From NCBI GenBank assembly GCA_964413715.1, contig CAYPSN010000004.1, forward strand, positions 7,501 to 71,500: a stretch of 64,000 nucleotides of DNA. Reading direction: 5' to 3'. This document shows positions 26,995-35,382 of this stretch, piece after piece. Position 1 is the first letter of the stretch. Every line of letters begins with the position of its first letter. The position numbers and the translations under genes are program-made. Below the pieces are notes generated by a model. The model saw only the letters and a list, made by a program, of their open reading frames with translations. It searched no databases and was not told where the DNA came from. This DNA is from an uncultured Candidatus Saccharibacteria bacterium. GTDB taxonomy: Bacteria > Patescibacteriota > Saccharimonadia > CAILAD01 > JADZBC01.

Positions 26995-29900
26995 ATGGCC
27001 GATAAAGCCAAATTATTACTACAAAGATTCCATCTCAAACCTTCTACTACCCTGAAGGTGAGTAAAGGTGCGGTTTTTGTACTCCTTGCCATGATTTCTA
27101 TTCAGACCGTAGCGGGCGGCTTATTGTGGTATGCAAAGCAAATCAGGGCGGCGAGTGGCCTGCAACATGTGAAGAGCTACGCTGAAGGTGATGGGTCGGG
27201 TAAAATTATCGCGGCTGATAGTCAAAATAACTTTTACGTTTTTGACTTAAGTGATTATGTAGTTAAGAAATATGATGCTGGCGGCAACTTACTTGGTCAA
27301 GTAGGTGCTTCGGGGAGCGACCCAGGGCAGTATGCAAATGTAAGCGGCATGGCAACCGATAGCTCAGGCAACCTATATGTTTTAGATTCTGGCAACAATC
27401 GAGTTATCAAGTATAGTTCAAATGGTAGCTACAGCGGCACTAGTTGGGGGAGTTATGGTACGGGGGATGGTGAATTTGGCTCGTTGGGGTCAATTGCGAT
27501 TAGCTCCGCTGATGACATCTATATAGTCGATGCAGGCAACAGTCGCATCCAGAGGTTTAATTCTTCTGGTGGTTTTGTAAATAAGTGGGGTTCGGCAGGC
27601 TCTGGCGCAGGGCAGTTTAATTACCCATACGGGATTACCACCGATTCTACAGGTTCGGTATATGTGTCGGAAGGTTTTTCTGGTCGTGTGCAGAAGTTTG
27701 GTGCAGCTGGGGGGGCACCTACGGCCACTTGGACGCCAGGAGGGTGGGGTGGTTATATGGCGCGTGGCCCAGGAGATGTAATTTATGTAACTAGCTTGGG
27801 TGGCCTCGTAATAAGGAGTTATAATACCAGCGGAATCTTGCAGAACAGTTGGGGAGGAAGTGGCGGTGGTGCCGGAACATTTAGCGGTCCGTACCTCGAT
27901 GGGACCCTAGCCCTAGATACGTCTGGGAATGTTTACGTGGCTGATTATGGTAATGCGCATATCCAAAAGTTCACTGCTGCAGGATCATATGTAGGTGTCT
28001 ATATTGGTCGTGGTAAGGCAAGCGGCGTGCAGGATGTGGCAACAGACGGTTCTGGTGGTAACATTTACCAGGTAGGCAATGGCTACCTGCGTAAGATTCG
28101 GCGTTCTGATGGTAAGCTAGTCTTCTCTACAAGCATTACAGGGAGTTCTGTAGATGTATCTCCTGACGGCAACTATGTATATGTACTTGCCTCAGGCTGG
28201 GCTGATCCAAATGCACGGGTTACAAAGCTTACATCTTCAGGCACAGTGGTGACACAATGGGGTACTTTTGGTGAGGCAGAAAACCAGTTCAAGGGGGCAG
28301 AGGCACTTGCCGTTGGTGAAGATGGCAGCGTGTATGTGGCGGACACAGCCAACCACCGTATTCAAAAGTTCGATGCGAACGGAAGCTTCTTGCTCATGTG
28401 GGGCTGGGGTGTTCAAAATGGCACAGCTGAGTTTCAAACCTGCACTTCTGGCTGTCAAACTGGTATAGCAGGTAACGGCGACGGGCAATTCGACATGACC
28501 GACTGGTATGGTACAGGCCCCAACCGAGGCCTCGATGTCGACAGCCAAGGGAACGTTTATGTAGCGGACATGCATAACGCCCGAATCCAAAAATTCAGTT
28601 CTACAGGGTCATTTTTTGGTAAATGGGGTTCATTTAGTGATGCCCAGGGCGGCTTTAAATATCCCTATGCCATATCAATTGATTCTCAAGATAATATTTA
28701 CGTATCTTGTATTCTTGGGGCGGGTGAGCGGATTCAGCGCTTTAATTCAAATATGCAGTTTGTGTCAGAATTTACAACAGCAGGTAATTTAGTCCTTTCT
28801 AACCCTCAGGGGATTGCCGTTGATGAACAAGGCCACTTATATGTAGCAGACACTTCAAACAATCGAATCCAGCAATTTAAATACAATTTCTGGTTATCAA
28901 TATCTAATACAGGAGGCGGTGATGGCGTGACCGGCCAGCCATACACAAGCACAGTAGGTATAGACGATCCTCAGGGTCCCACAACGTTCACTGTGACGAG
29001 CGGTAGTTTGCCGCCCGGCCTCTCCCTCAATAGTTCGACCGGCGTAATTAGTGGTACCCCTACTTTGGCTGGCCAGTATACCTCATATATAACCGTCAGT
29101 GATGGCCAGACTTCTGCAGTTACACCAGGCACTACAATTACGATTACTGACCCTCCTCCTGCACCACTCGCGTTTTCTTCTGCTCCGCTGCCCCATGCAA
29201 GAGTTGGCCGCTCGTACTCCCAGCACGTCGACTTAAACAATGTAGTGGGGACGGCGCATTATGAATTAATCAATGCACAACCTTGGAATTCTGGCCTCAG
29301 CTTTAATCCTCAGACGGGGATGATTACTGGAACACCTAATTCAAACAGTCCTACAGTGAGGTTCTCCTTGGAAGCATATGACGATAGATGGTGGGTTACA
29401 AGCACTACAGTCACCGTCACTATAGAATCCGCACATACTGTTACAACGCTGCCAGCCACAGGTTTAGAGGATACAATTACGGGCATAAAGGCGGTTTTAA
29501 ATGGTGCCACCAACTATCCGGACGAGATAACAAATCGAGGTTTTGAATATGGCCTCGATACGAATTATGGCAATACAGTTGTTGATAATACAGCAAATTC
29601 TAGCTACAAAGCTGCTCAGACTTGGAATACAGTTGCGAGCGGCACCACCATGTCAAATGCCAATGAGAGTATGACAATGGATGCAGGTGGGAATAGTTAT
29701 ATCGTCGATTCGTTTAATAGTCGTATACTCAAGTATTCTAAGACCGGCGTTCTTCTCGCAACTTGGGGGTCAGCAGGAACGGGACAAGTAGAATTTAACG
29801 CCCCAGCTGATATTGCTATTGGACCGAGTGGCAACTTCTACGTGGTCGATGCAGGCAATAATCGAGTGCAAATTTTAAACTCATCTGGGTTGTATGTTGG

Positions 29901-32900
29901 TGAATTCGCCCTGCCTTCAGAGGGAGGGAAAGCTATTGCAGTAGACTCGCAAGAGCACATCTACGTAAGTGGCGATGAGTGGAGTGGGCCTTGGTACTTG
30001 AGGGAGGGCAGGCCATATATCCGAAAATATGATTCTCAAGGCAACTTGCTACTAGATTGGGGCACGGAAGGTACCGGAGACTCTCAGTTTAGGGTGACTG
30101 CTCCGCATGATCTTGCTATTGATGGCAATGATGATCTGTATGCTGCAGACATGTATAACAATAGCGTTAAGAAATTCGATAGCAATGGTAGTTTTATCTT
30201 GAAGATTGGCGGAATGGGCCCATATATATATGGAGCAGGTCAGAGTAATGGGGAGTTTGATCATCCCGCCTCATTGGCTGTTGATGCGAATAACAATGTA
30301 TTTGTAGGTGACTATAGCTGGAGAATTCAAAAGTTTGGCATCTCTGGTGTATTTAAATCCAGCTCGCATATTGCAAATGGTGGCTTGTCTTTTGATGTGG
30401 ATGCTGAAGAGAATCTCTTTGTGGCTACTTGGGGTAATCCAAATCAACTTATCAAATATTCCTCAGGTATTGAATCCGCTATCTCAGGCCTAGTATGTGG
30501 CAACACTTATCACTACCGTGCCTTTGCAACAAGCACTGATGGTACGAAATATGGTGACGATGAAGTATTTACAACAGACGCTTGTCCTGACACTCCAATT
30601 TCAATAACGACGTCCTCCCTCTCTACAGGGTATGTGGGGCAGAATTATAGCGAGATCATTAATGTCACTGGTGCTACTGGAAACGTATCATATTTCCTAT
30701 CAGGCGGATCGGACTACCTGCCCTCTGGTTTAAGCTTGGACCCAAACACAGGTGTTATCTCCGGCAACCCGCAAGCCTCTGGAACCGCCAACATTTGTAT
30801 CCGGGCAATGGACGACAACTCGGATGACTTGAGGTGTTGGGATTTAACCATACAGAATATCGTTCCACAGCTAGAAATTACGACCCCGTTATTGCCGGAT
30901 GCCACCCTGTCTGGTATGCAATACGATTACTACAATTCGAACATTTATGTGCAGGGTGCTATAACTAACGACGTTGCGTTTACAGTAGTTAGCGGTGAAT
31001 TGCCTCCCGGACTTAGCCTCCAAGACAACACTTATTATGCAGCTATAATTGGCACTCCAACACAGGCCGGAGTATATACGTTCACAGTCGAGGCAAACGA
31101 TGGCTGGAGAGGATCACCTGGGTTTGCGTGGCAAGAATATACTATTGTTGTTCCTCCTACTTCACTTCCTAGTCTCTATATTGATACCACTTCACTCAGC
31201 AATGGCCTTGTAGGTATCCCATATAATTCCACTATTTACTATCAAGATGCTCAATCTCAACCTGTCTTCTCTCTTGTTTCCGGCTCGTTGCCACCAGGTA
31301 TTTCTTTAAGCCTGGAAGGCTACCTCCAGGGTACACCTACTGAGGCTGGCACCTACACCTTCACAGTCCAAGTTGACGATGGCTTTAGCAGTGACACCCA
31401 AGAACTCACCTTGACTATAGCCCCGCCTCCACTGCCTATAGTAAACACCCCATTCGTAACCATTACCTCACCAACTACAGGATCTACCTTTGCCGGTGGA
31501 ACAAGCGTTATAACTGGTACTGGTCCTGCCAATCAGACTATTACTATCTTCGTAGATAACCAGCAAATAGGTACTACCGCTGCCAACTCTGAAGGAATAT
31601 GGACGTATACTGCACAGAACATTGCAGCCGGTAGCCACAACTTGGACGCCAAGTGGGTGCCGGGAGCAGAGGTGATGTTTAGAACCTCTCTGGACTTTGC
31701 TGCTCTCACTACAAAGCTGACAGTTTACGACACGGCGACTGACACTGTAGTCAAAGAGTTGGCGTTGCCCCCATACGCATTTGCATGGGGCGCGTATGTT
31801 CCGCCTCAAGGTCAAAAAATTGTGGCCTATGGTATAGATGCGAGTTCTACATTCGGGACTTACTGGCAAATAGATCTAAATTCTGGCGCCATCACTACTA
31901 TTTCTACTGGCAGTACCGTTTATCCCAATGACATGGCAGCTAACAGAGATACTATGTTTACATCGGTAGCTGGCGGACTTTTTGCGACTCGGGTGTCAGA
32001 TGGCTCCTCACTTGGTCCGATTAATCTTGGCATCCCTTCAGAGCTGAACATTCCTTTTAACTTACAGCTCTCTGAAGACGGTACACGACTTTACGCCTAC
32101 TCGGGTATCGTAACTGGTTTGCCTTCTTTCCTTTCATACTCAAATAATTGGCTCGAGCAAGCCCTGCCATACATGGGGAAGATATTCGTCATTAATACGT
32201 CTGACCTGAGTGTTATTAGTAGTTATAATACAATTGATAATACTAATTGGCAGACAGAAGGGTATGAAGTTCCATTTGGGTTTGCCTATGCCAATGGAGT
32301 CGCATATGTGCCATCTGGAAGTTATCCTGCGACTCAAACCCCTCCTGACTTTGAGGTAGAAACTAATTTCAAGGCATATTCCTTGTCAAGTGGCGCATTA
32401 TTATACAGTCACAATATCTCTGCTGATTACCCGCAGGATGATATCCTTGCAGGGGGGGGTTACATCGATTCTACTCGCGGCAATGTATTCTTTAAGACTA
32501 TTAGTATTGATAATGACCAGTCAGTGCTTAAACCTGGCCTTGCTCGATGGAATTTAGTAAGTAATTCGGTCGATCAATACACGGTTGTATCTGATCAGAT
32601 TCAAGAAGGGCAGGATAACGCCTCCCTGGCCGACATGTATCTATTGAACTTTTTGAGTTGGGGTATGGATGGGGGGGGAAATAATGAGCGCTTGTATCTT
32701 ACAGGTCTAGGGGGCAATTATACTGGCGTTACTTACGCATTCTCACTTTCTAATAATCAATTTGTAGAGGGTAGCGGCTATCCGCTTACACACGGCACAC
32801 CTGGTAGTTCCATTGCATACCAATTTGGCCCCAACTTCATCGGTCCTATCACCCCACCTAAGGACAGTATGGCCTTCTCTGTACCATCGACTCCTGAGCC

Positions 32901-33450
32901 TCCCGCCTGCCAGCAACAGGGCAATTGCCCTCCAGTAGACTGTAATGCAACCAATACCTGTCCTAAGCCCTGTACTCTGACGAGTGGCACCTGCCCCCAG
33001 CCATGTACTGCCACCAACTCATGTCCTCAGCCTCCACTAACAGACTGTACCACCACCAACTCCTGCCCTGGTACTACTACCACCGGTGGCACTACAACCA
33101 CTCCTACCATTATCTCCACACCATTCCCTCCAGCCTCCAAGGCTACACCCACGAACTCACGCCTGGGTTGGTTTGACCGTAGCGTCCTCTCGCTTGCACG
33201 CTTTATCCCCGAGCAAGCTGCCATTGGCTTCCCATATCTCTTGTTTATGCTTCTGCTTGTCTTTGCTTTATCTCTCTATTACCAGAGTAGTAATGAAATA
33301 CGCAAAGATGCCTTAAACAAACAGTTCCTCGCTAAACGTAAATCTATTCGTGCCCAACAGGACAACTTCATAGCTCTAGCCTCGCACTACCTCAACACTC
33401 CTATCACCATCATCCAGGGCGGAGTAGAGAATGAGGAGAGGAAACGTTGA
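26995..33450 (+). CDS. Giant (2151 aa) two-TM cell-surface protein paralogous to 6288..11474. Same architecture: TM, NHL propellers, Ig-like domains, Cys/Pro stalk, TM, HisKA H-box tail.
   Basis: Near-identical N-terminus ('MADKAKLLLQRFHLKPSTTLKVSKGAVFVLLAMISIQTVAGGLLWYAKQIRA'). NHL repeats ('LDSGNNRVIKYSSNGSY', 'VADTANHRIQKFDANGSF', 'ADMHNARIQKFSSTGSF'). Ig-like 'SGSLPPGLSLNSSTGVISGTPTLAGQY'. Stalk 'CPKPCTLTSGTCPQPCTATNSCPQPPLTDCTTTNSCP'. TM2 'FPYLLFMLLLVFALSLYY'. Tail 'QDNFIALASHYLNTPITIIQGGVENEERKR*'. Confidence 0.8.
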   Translation: MADKAKLLLQRFHLKPSTTLKVSKGAVFVLLAMISIQTVAGGLLWYAKQIRAASGLQHVKSYAEGDGSGKIIAADSQNNFYVFDLSDYVVKKYDAGGNLLGQVGASGSDPGQYANVSGMATDSSGNLYVLDSGNNRVIKYSSNGSYSGTSWGSYGTGDGEFGSLGSIAISSADDIYIVDAGNSRIQRFNSSGGFVNKWGSAGSGAGQFNYPYGITTDSTGSVYVSEGFSGRVQKFGAAGGAPTATWTPGGWGGYMARGPGDVIYVTSLGGLVIRSYNTSGILQNSWGGSGGGAGTFSGPYLDGTLALDTSGNVYVADYGNAHIQKFTAAGSYVGVYIGRGKASGVQDVATDGSGGNIYQVGNGYLRKIRRSDGKLVFSTSITGSSVDVSPDGNYVYVLASGWADPNARVTKLTSSGTVVTQWGTFGEAENQFKGAEALAVGEDGSVYVADTANHRIQKFDANGSFLLMWGWGVQNGTAEFQTCTSGCQTGIAGNGDGQFDMTDWYGTGPNRGLDVDSQGNVYVADMHNARIQKFSSTGSFFGKWGSFSDAQGGFKYPYAISIDSQDNIYVSCILGAGERIQRFNSNMQFVSEFTTAGNLVLSNPQGIAVDEQGHLYVADTSNNRIQQFKYNFWLSISNTGGGDGVTGQPYTSTVGIDDPQGPTTFTVTSGSLPPGLSLNSSTGVISGTPTLAGQYTSYITVSDGQTSAVTPGTTITITDPPPAPLAFSSAPLPHARVGRSYSQHVDLNNVVGTAHYELINAQPWNSGLSFNPQTGMITGTPNSNSPTVRFSLEAYDDRWWVTSTTVTVTIESAHTVTTLPATGLEDTITGIKAVLNGATNYPDEITNRGFEYGLDTNYGNTVVDNTANSSYKAAQTWNTVASGTTMSNANESMTMDAGGNSYIVDSFNSRILKYSKTGVLLATWGSAGTGQVEFNAPADIAIGPSGNFYVVDAGNNRVQILNSSGLYVGEFALPSEGGKAIAVDSQEHIYVSGDEWSGPWYLREGRPYIRKYDSQGNLLLDWGTEGTGDSQFRVTAPHDLAIDGNDDLYAADMYNNSVKKFDSNGSFILKIGGMGPYIYGAGQSNGEFDHPASLAVDANNNVFVGDYSWRIQKFGISGVFKSSSHIANGGLSFDVDAEENLFVATWGNPNQLIKYSSGIESAISGLVCGNTYHYRAFATSTDGTKYGDDEVFTTDACPDTPISITTSSLSTGYVGQNYSEIINVTGATGNVSYFLSGGSDYLPSGLSLDPNTGVISGNPQASGTANICIRAMDDNSDDLRCWDLTIQNIVPQLEITTPLLPDATLSGMQYDYYNSNIYVQGAITNDVAFTVVSGELPPGLSLQDNTYYAAIIGTPTQAGVYTFTVEANDGWRGSPGFAWQEYTIVVPPTSLPSLYIDTTSLSNGLVGIPYNSTIYYQDAQSQPVFSLVSGSLPPGISLSLEGYLQGTPTEAGTYTFTVQVDDGFSSDTQELTLTIAPPPLPIVNTPFVTITSPTTGSTFAGGTSVITGTGPANQTITIFVDNQQIGTTAANSEGIWTYTAQNIAAGSHNLDAKWVPGAEVMFRTSLDFAALTTKLTVYDTATDTVVKELALPPYAFAWGAYVPPQGQKIVAYGIDASSTFGTYWQIDLNSGAITTISTGSTVYPNDMAANRDTMFTSVAGGLFATRVSDGSSLGPINLGIPSELNIPFNLQLSEDGTRLYAYSGIVTGLPSFLSYSNNWLEQALPYMGKIFVINTSDLSVISSYNTIDNTNWQTEGYEVPFGFAYANGVAYVPSGSYPATQTPPDFEVETNFKAYSLSSGALLYSHNISADYPQDDILAGGGYIDSTRGNVFFKTISIDNDQSVLKPGLARWNLVSNSVDQYTVVSDQIQEGQDNASLADMYLLNFLSWGMDGGGNNERLYLTGLGGNYTGVTYAFSLSNNQFVEGSGYPLTHGTPGSSIAYQFGPNFIGPITPPKDSMAFSVPSTPEPPACQQQGNCPPVDCNATNTCPKPCTLTSGTCPQPCTATNSCPQPPLTDCTTTNSCPGTTTTGGTTTTPTIISTPFPPASKATPTNSRLGWFDRSVLSLARFIPEQAAIGFPYLLFMLLLVFALSLYYQSSNEIRKDALNKQFLAKRKSIRAQQDNFIALASHYLNTPITIIQGGVENEERKR

Positions 33451-34721
33451 TGAGCGACGCAGTAGCTCGTATACTAGAGCATAAGCAAGATATGAAGACA
33501 ATACCACCCATTACATCTAAGCCAAAGCAGCTGGAGAAGGATGTTGCTAAGGCCTCTGACAATCAGCTTAACGCCGAAGTAGCCAAGACTGCACAGGTCG
33601 TGGCAGAGTATGCTCAAGAGCACGGCAATGCTGCCGCAGAGTTGAGCGAACATACCGAAGCGATGGCTAAGATTGTAGCTACGCTTTCTGCCAAGATTAA
33701 CGCTGTAGAGAATAGCTCTGATCATGATTACATAATCCCTGAAACTAAAAACCCCCTCCTTAGCCTAGCATTCTTGGTGCCCGCCCTTGTTTTGGTAGGG
33801 ATCATTACAGTCGGGATATGGCTCTTTAGTTTGGCAGGCATACTAAAGGCAGATACTGTCTACCTGCTCACCGTGGGCGTTGCTGCGCTACTTGTGCTGC
33901 AGGTATTAGTAAGCAACATTCGTAATTTTCAGCTTCATCATCGTATAGCCAAGCAGTCCCGCCTGGCGGTAGAAGACGAGCTAAAGCTCGAAAAAGCCCG
34001 CGCAGAACTCTTTAGTAGCGCTACCGAGGAGCTACAGGGCCATTTATTCGCCATAACAAGTGCGATACCACCTGGGCAGAACAAGTCGATCGACGACGCT
34101 ACTAATCGCTTAATGGAGCTGCTCGACCGTATGAGCTTAATTTCGAACCTAACCCGTCGGGGGGCTGATTATGTATTGAATACTGAAGAGATTGAGCTAT
34201 CATCACAACTGGCGCACATTATTGCGGATTGTAAGGCAAAGTATCGCGACGCCAGTGTAGAGGTGCAGTTGCATGCACAGCAGCATAAAGCGACACTCGA
34301 CCCCCTCTTGTTTGAGCAAGCAATCAGCCCGGTTATTAATAACGCCATTAAATTTAGCCAGCATGCGGAGGGTGGGGGTAAGGTTGTCGTCCAATTAGAG
34401 GCCCTCAGGGGTGGCTTTAAGCTGCAGGTGATAGATAATGGCCCTGGTATCGCTCCGGAGCGTCGTAGTCAGCTATTCAAGCCGTTCTCGCGCGGTGAGG
34501 ATGCTCTAAGGTTCAACTATGAAGGTGCAGGCCTAGGTTTGTATTTGGCAAGCTTGGCAACTGGTTTGCTCGGGGGTAGTCTTGCAATCGCCGACAGTAA
34601 GCAAGGCTCAGTGTTTGAATGGACGTTTACCGGTCTAGAGGTTCAGCATCATGAGGCAACAAAGCACAACTCGGCAGACAAGTCGAAAGCTGGCAGCCGA
34701 CACCTTGCAGCCCATGCCTAA
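33450..34721 (+). CDS. Membrane-bound histidine-kinase ATPase subunit (HATPase_c with N, G1, F, G2 boxes) lacking a canonical H-box of its own. Its start overlaps the giant gene's stop (TGATG).
   Basis: Two TM helices ('LAFLVPALVLVGIITVGIWLF', 'VYLLTVGVAALLVLQVLV'). N-box 'INNAIKFSQH', G1 'VIDNGPGI', F 'FKPFSRGE', G2 'GAGLGLYLA'. No 'SHELRTPL'-like motif was found in this ORF. Confidence 0.7.
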   Translation: MSDAVARILEHKQDMKTIPPITSKPKQLEKDVAKASDNQLNAEVAKTAQVVAEYAQEHGNAAAELSEHTEAMAKIVATLSAKINAVENSSDHDYIIPETKNPLLSLAFLVPALVLVGIITVGIWLFSLAGILKADTVYLLTVGVAALLVLQVLVSNIRNFQLHHRIAKQSRLAVEDELKLEKARAELFSSATEELQGHLFAITSAIPPGQNKSIDDATNRLMELLDRMSLISNLTRRGADYVLNTEEIELSSQLAHIIADCKAKYRDASVEVQLHAQQHKATLDPLLFEQAISPVINNAIKFSQHAEGGGKVVVQLEALRGGFKLQVIDNGPGIAPERRSQLFKPFSRGEDALRFNYEGAGLGLYLASLATGLLGGSLAIADSKQGSVFEWTFTGLEVQHHEATKHNSADKSKAGSRHLAAHA

Positions 34722-34758
34722 AATCTCACTTGTTTATCTAGTTTGAAGGTATATACTT

Positions 34759-35133
34759 GTGCGCAGAACTATTAATAACAAAAGTGAGGCGTCTATGCGT
34801 TTTTCTAAAGGTGAGCGAGCAGTACTCGTAGCGAGTAGTATTCTGCCAGCCATGTATGCAGCAGGGATGGCAGTAGGGCAGATGTATAAGCACTATAATC
34901 CCGCAGGGGTAGATATTAATTCGGGCTTAGCCTACCTGCGCGAAGGCTTAGTTGCTGGGTTTGGCACTGGGCTTGCGCTTGCAGCTGTTAGTTTAGCAAT
35001 GATCTTAAAACTTAGAGCGGGCGAGGAGCGATCGTACGCACGCGTTGCGGGGGTAATTATGGGCATCCAGGCGAGTGTATTTGTGTTTGTGCTGATTCTG
35101 ACCAAGTTGTTCCCATTGCCTCCGCTTGGGTAG
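34759..35133 (+). CDS. Small hypothetical membrane protein
   Basis: Hydrophobic helices ('AVLVASSILPAMYAAGMAV', 'VAGFGTGLALAAVSLAMIL', 'IMGIQASVFVFVLIL'). No recognised family. Confidence 0.3.
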   Translation: MRRTINNKSEASMRFSKGERAVLVASSILPAMYAAGMAVGQMYKHYNPAGVDINSGLAYLREGLVAGFGTGLALAAVSLAMILKLRAGEERSYARVAGVIMGIQASVFVFVLILTKLFPLPPLG

Positions 35134-35146
35134 TCAGCGCTCCTTA

Positions 35147-35182
35147 TTAAAAACTCCCTCGGCATAGTCCGGGGAGTTTTTA
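35147..35182. terminator. Rho-independent terminator after the kinase operon
   Basis: 'aaaaactccc tcggcatagtcc ggggagttttt'. Confidence 0.55.
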
Positions 35183-35221
35183 ATTTCATCTAAATGACTT
35201 TGGCTATATTTTACTGTTAAA

Positions 35222-35260
35222 GCGAAGCCCCGCTTCAGTTTAACCTGTTGCGGGGCTTCG
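35222..35260. repeat. Perfect 11 bp inverted repeat (cgaagccccgc / gcggggcttcg) with a 16 nt loop, followed by a T-rich tract
   Basis: Read directly. It sits between the kinase operon terminator and the 3' end of the convergent aldolase gene. Confidence 0.5.
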
Positions 35261-35382
35261 TGAGAACTTTGTTTTTGTTTTTGAGTAATTTATGTGTGCA
35301 GCACTGAATTCATGATAAAGCTTAAGCCTAGGTGCTGTCAACAACTTTTTTGAAAAAAGTTGTGGATAAATATAAAAAACTT

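Noticed and set aside
28237-31869. Antisense and alternate-frame ORFs inside the giant genes (e.g. 28237..28590 -, 31468..31869 -, 7433..7708 -, 9794..10030 -)
   Set aside because: They are embedded in long, well-supported coding frames with clear domain content on the opposite strand. Their compositions are artefacts of the repeat-rich Gly/Thr/Ser codons.
33400-33460. Possible programmed frameshift or readthrough fusing the giant gene (26995..33450) to the kinase ORF
   Set aside because: The kinase frame has an in-frame TGA at 33432-33434 just upstream of its ATG. A simple +1/-1 slip near the stop therefore would not yield a fusion. A sequencing indel further upstream cannot be excluded without reads.
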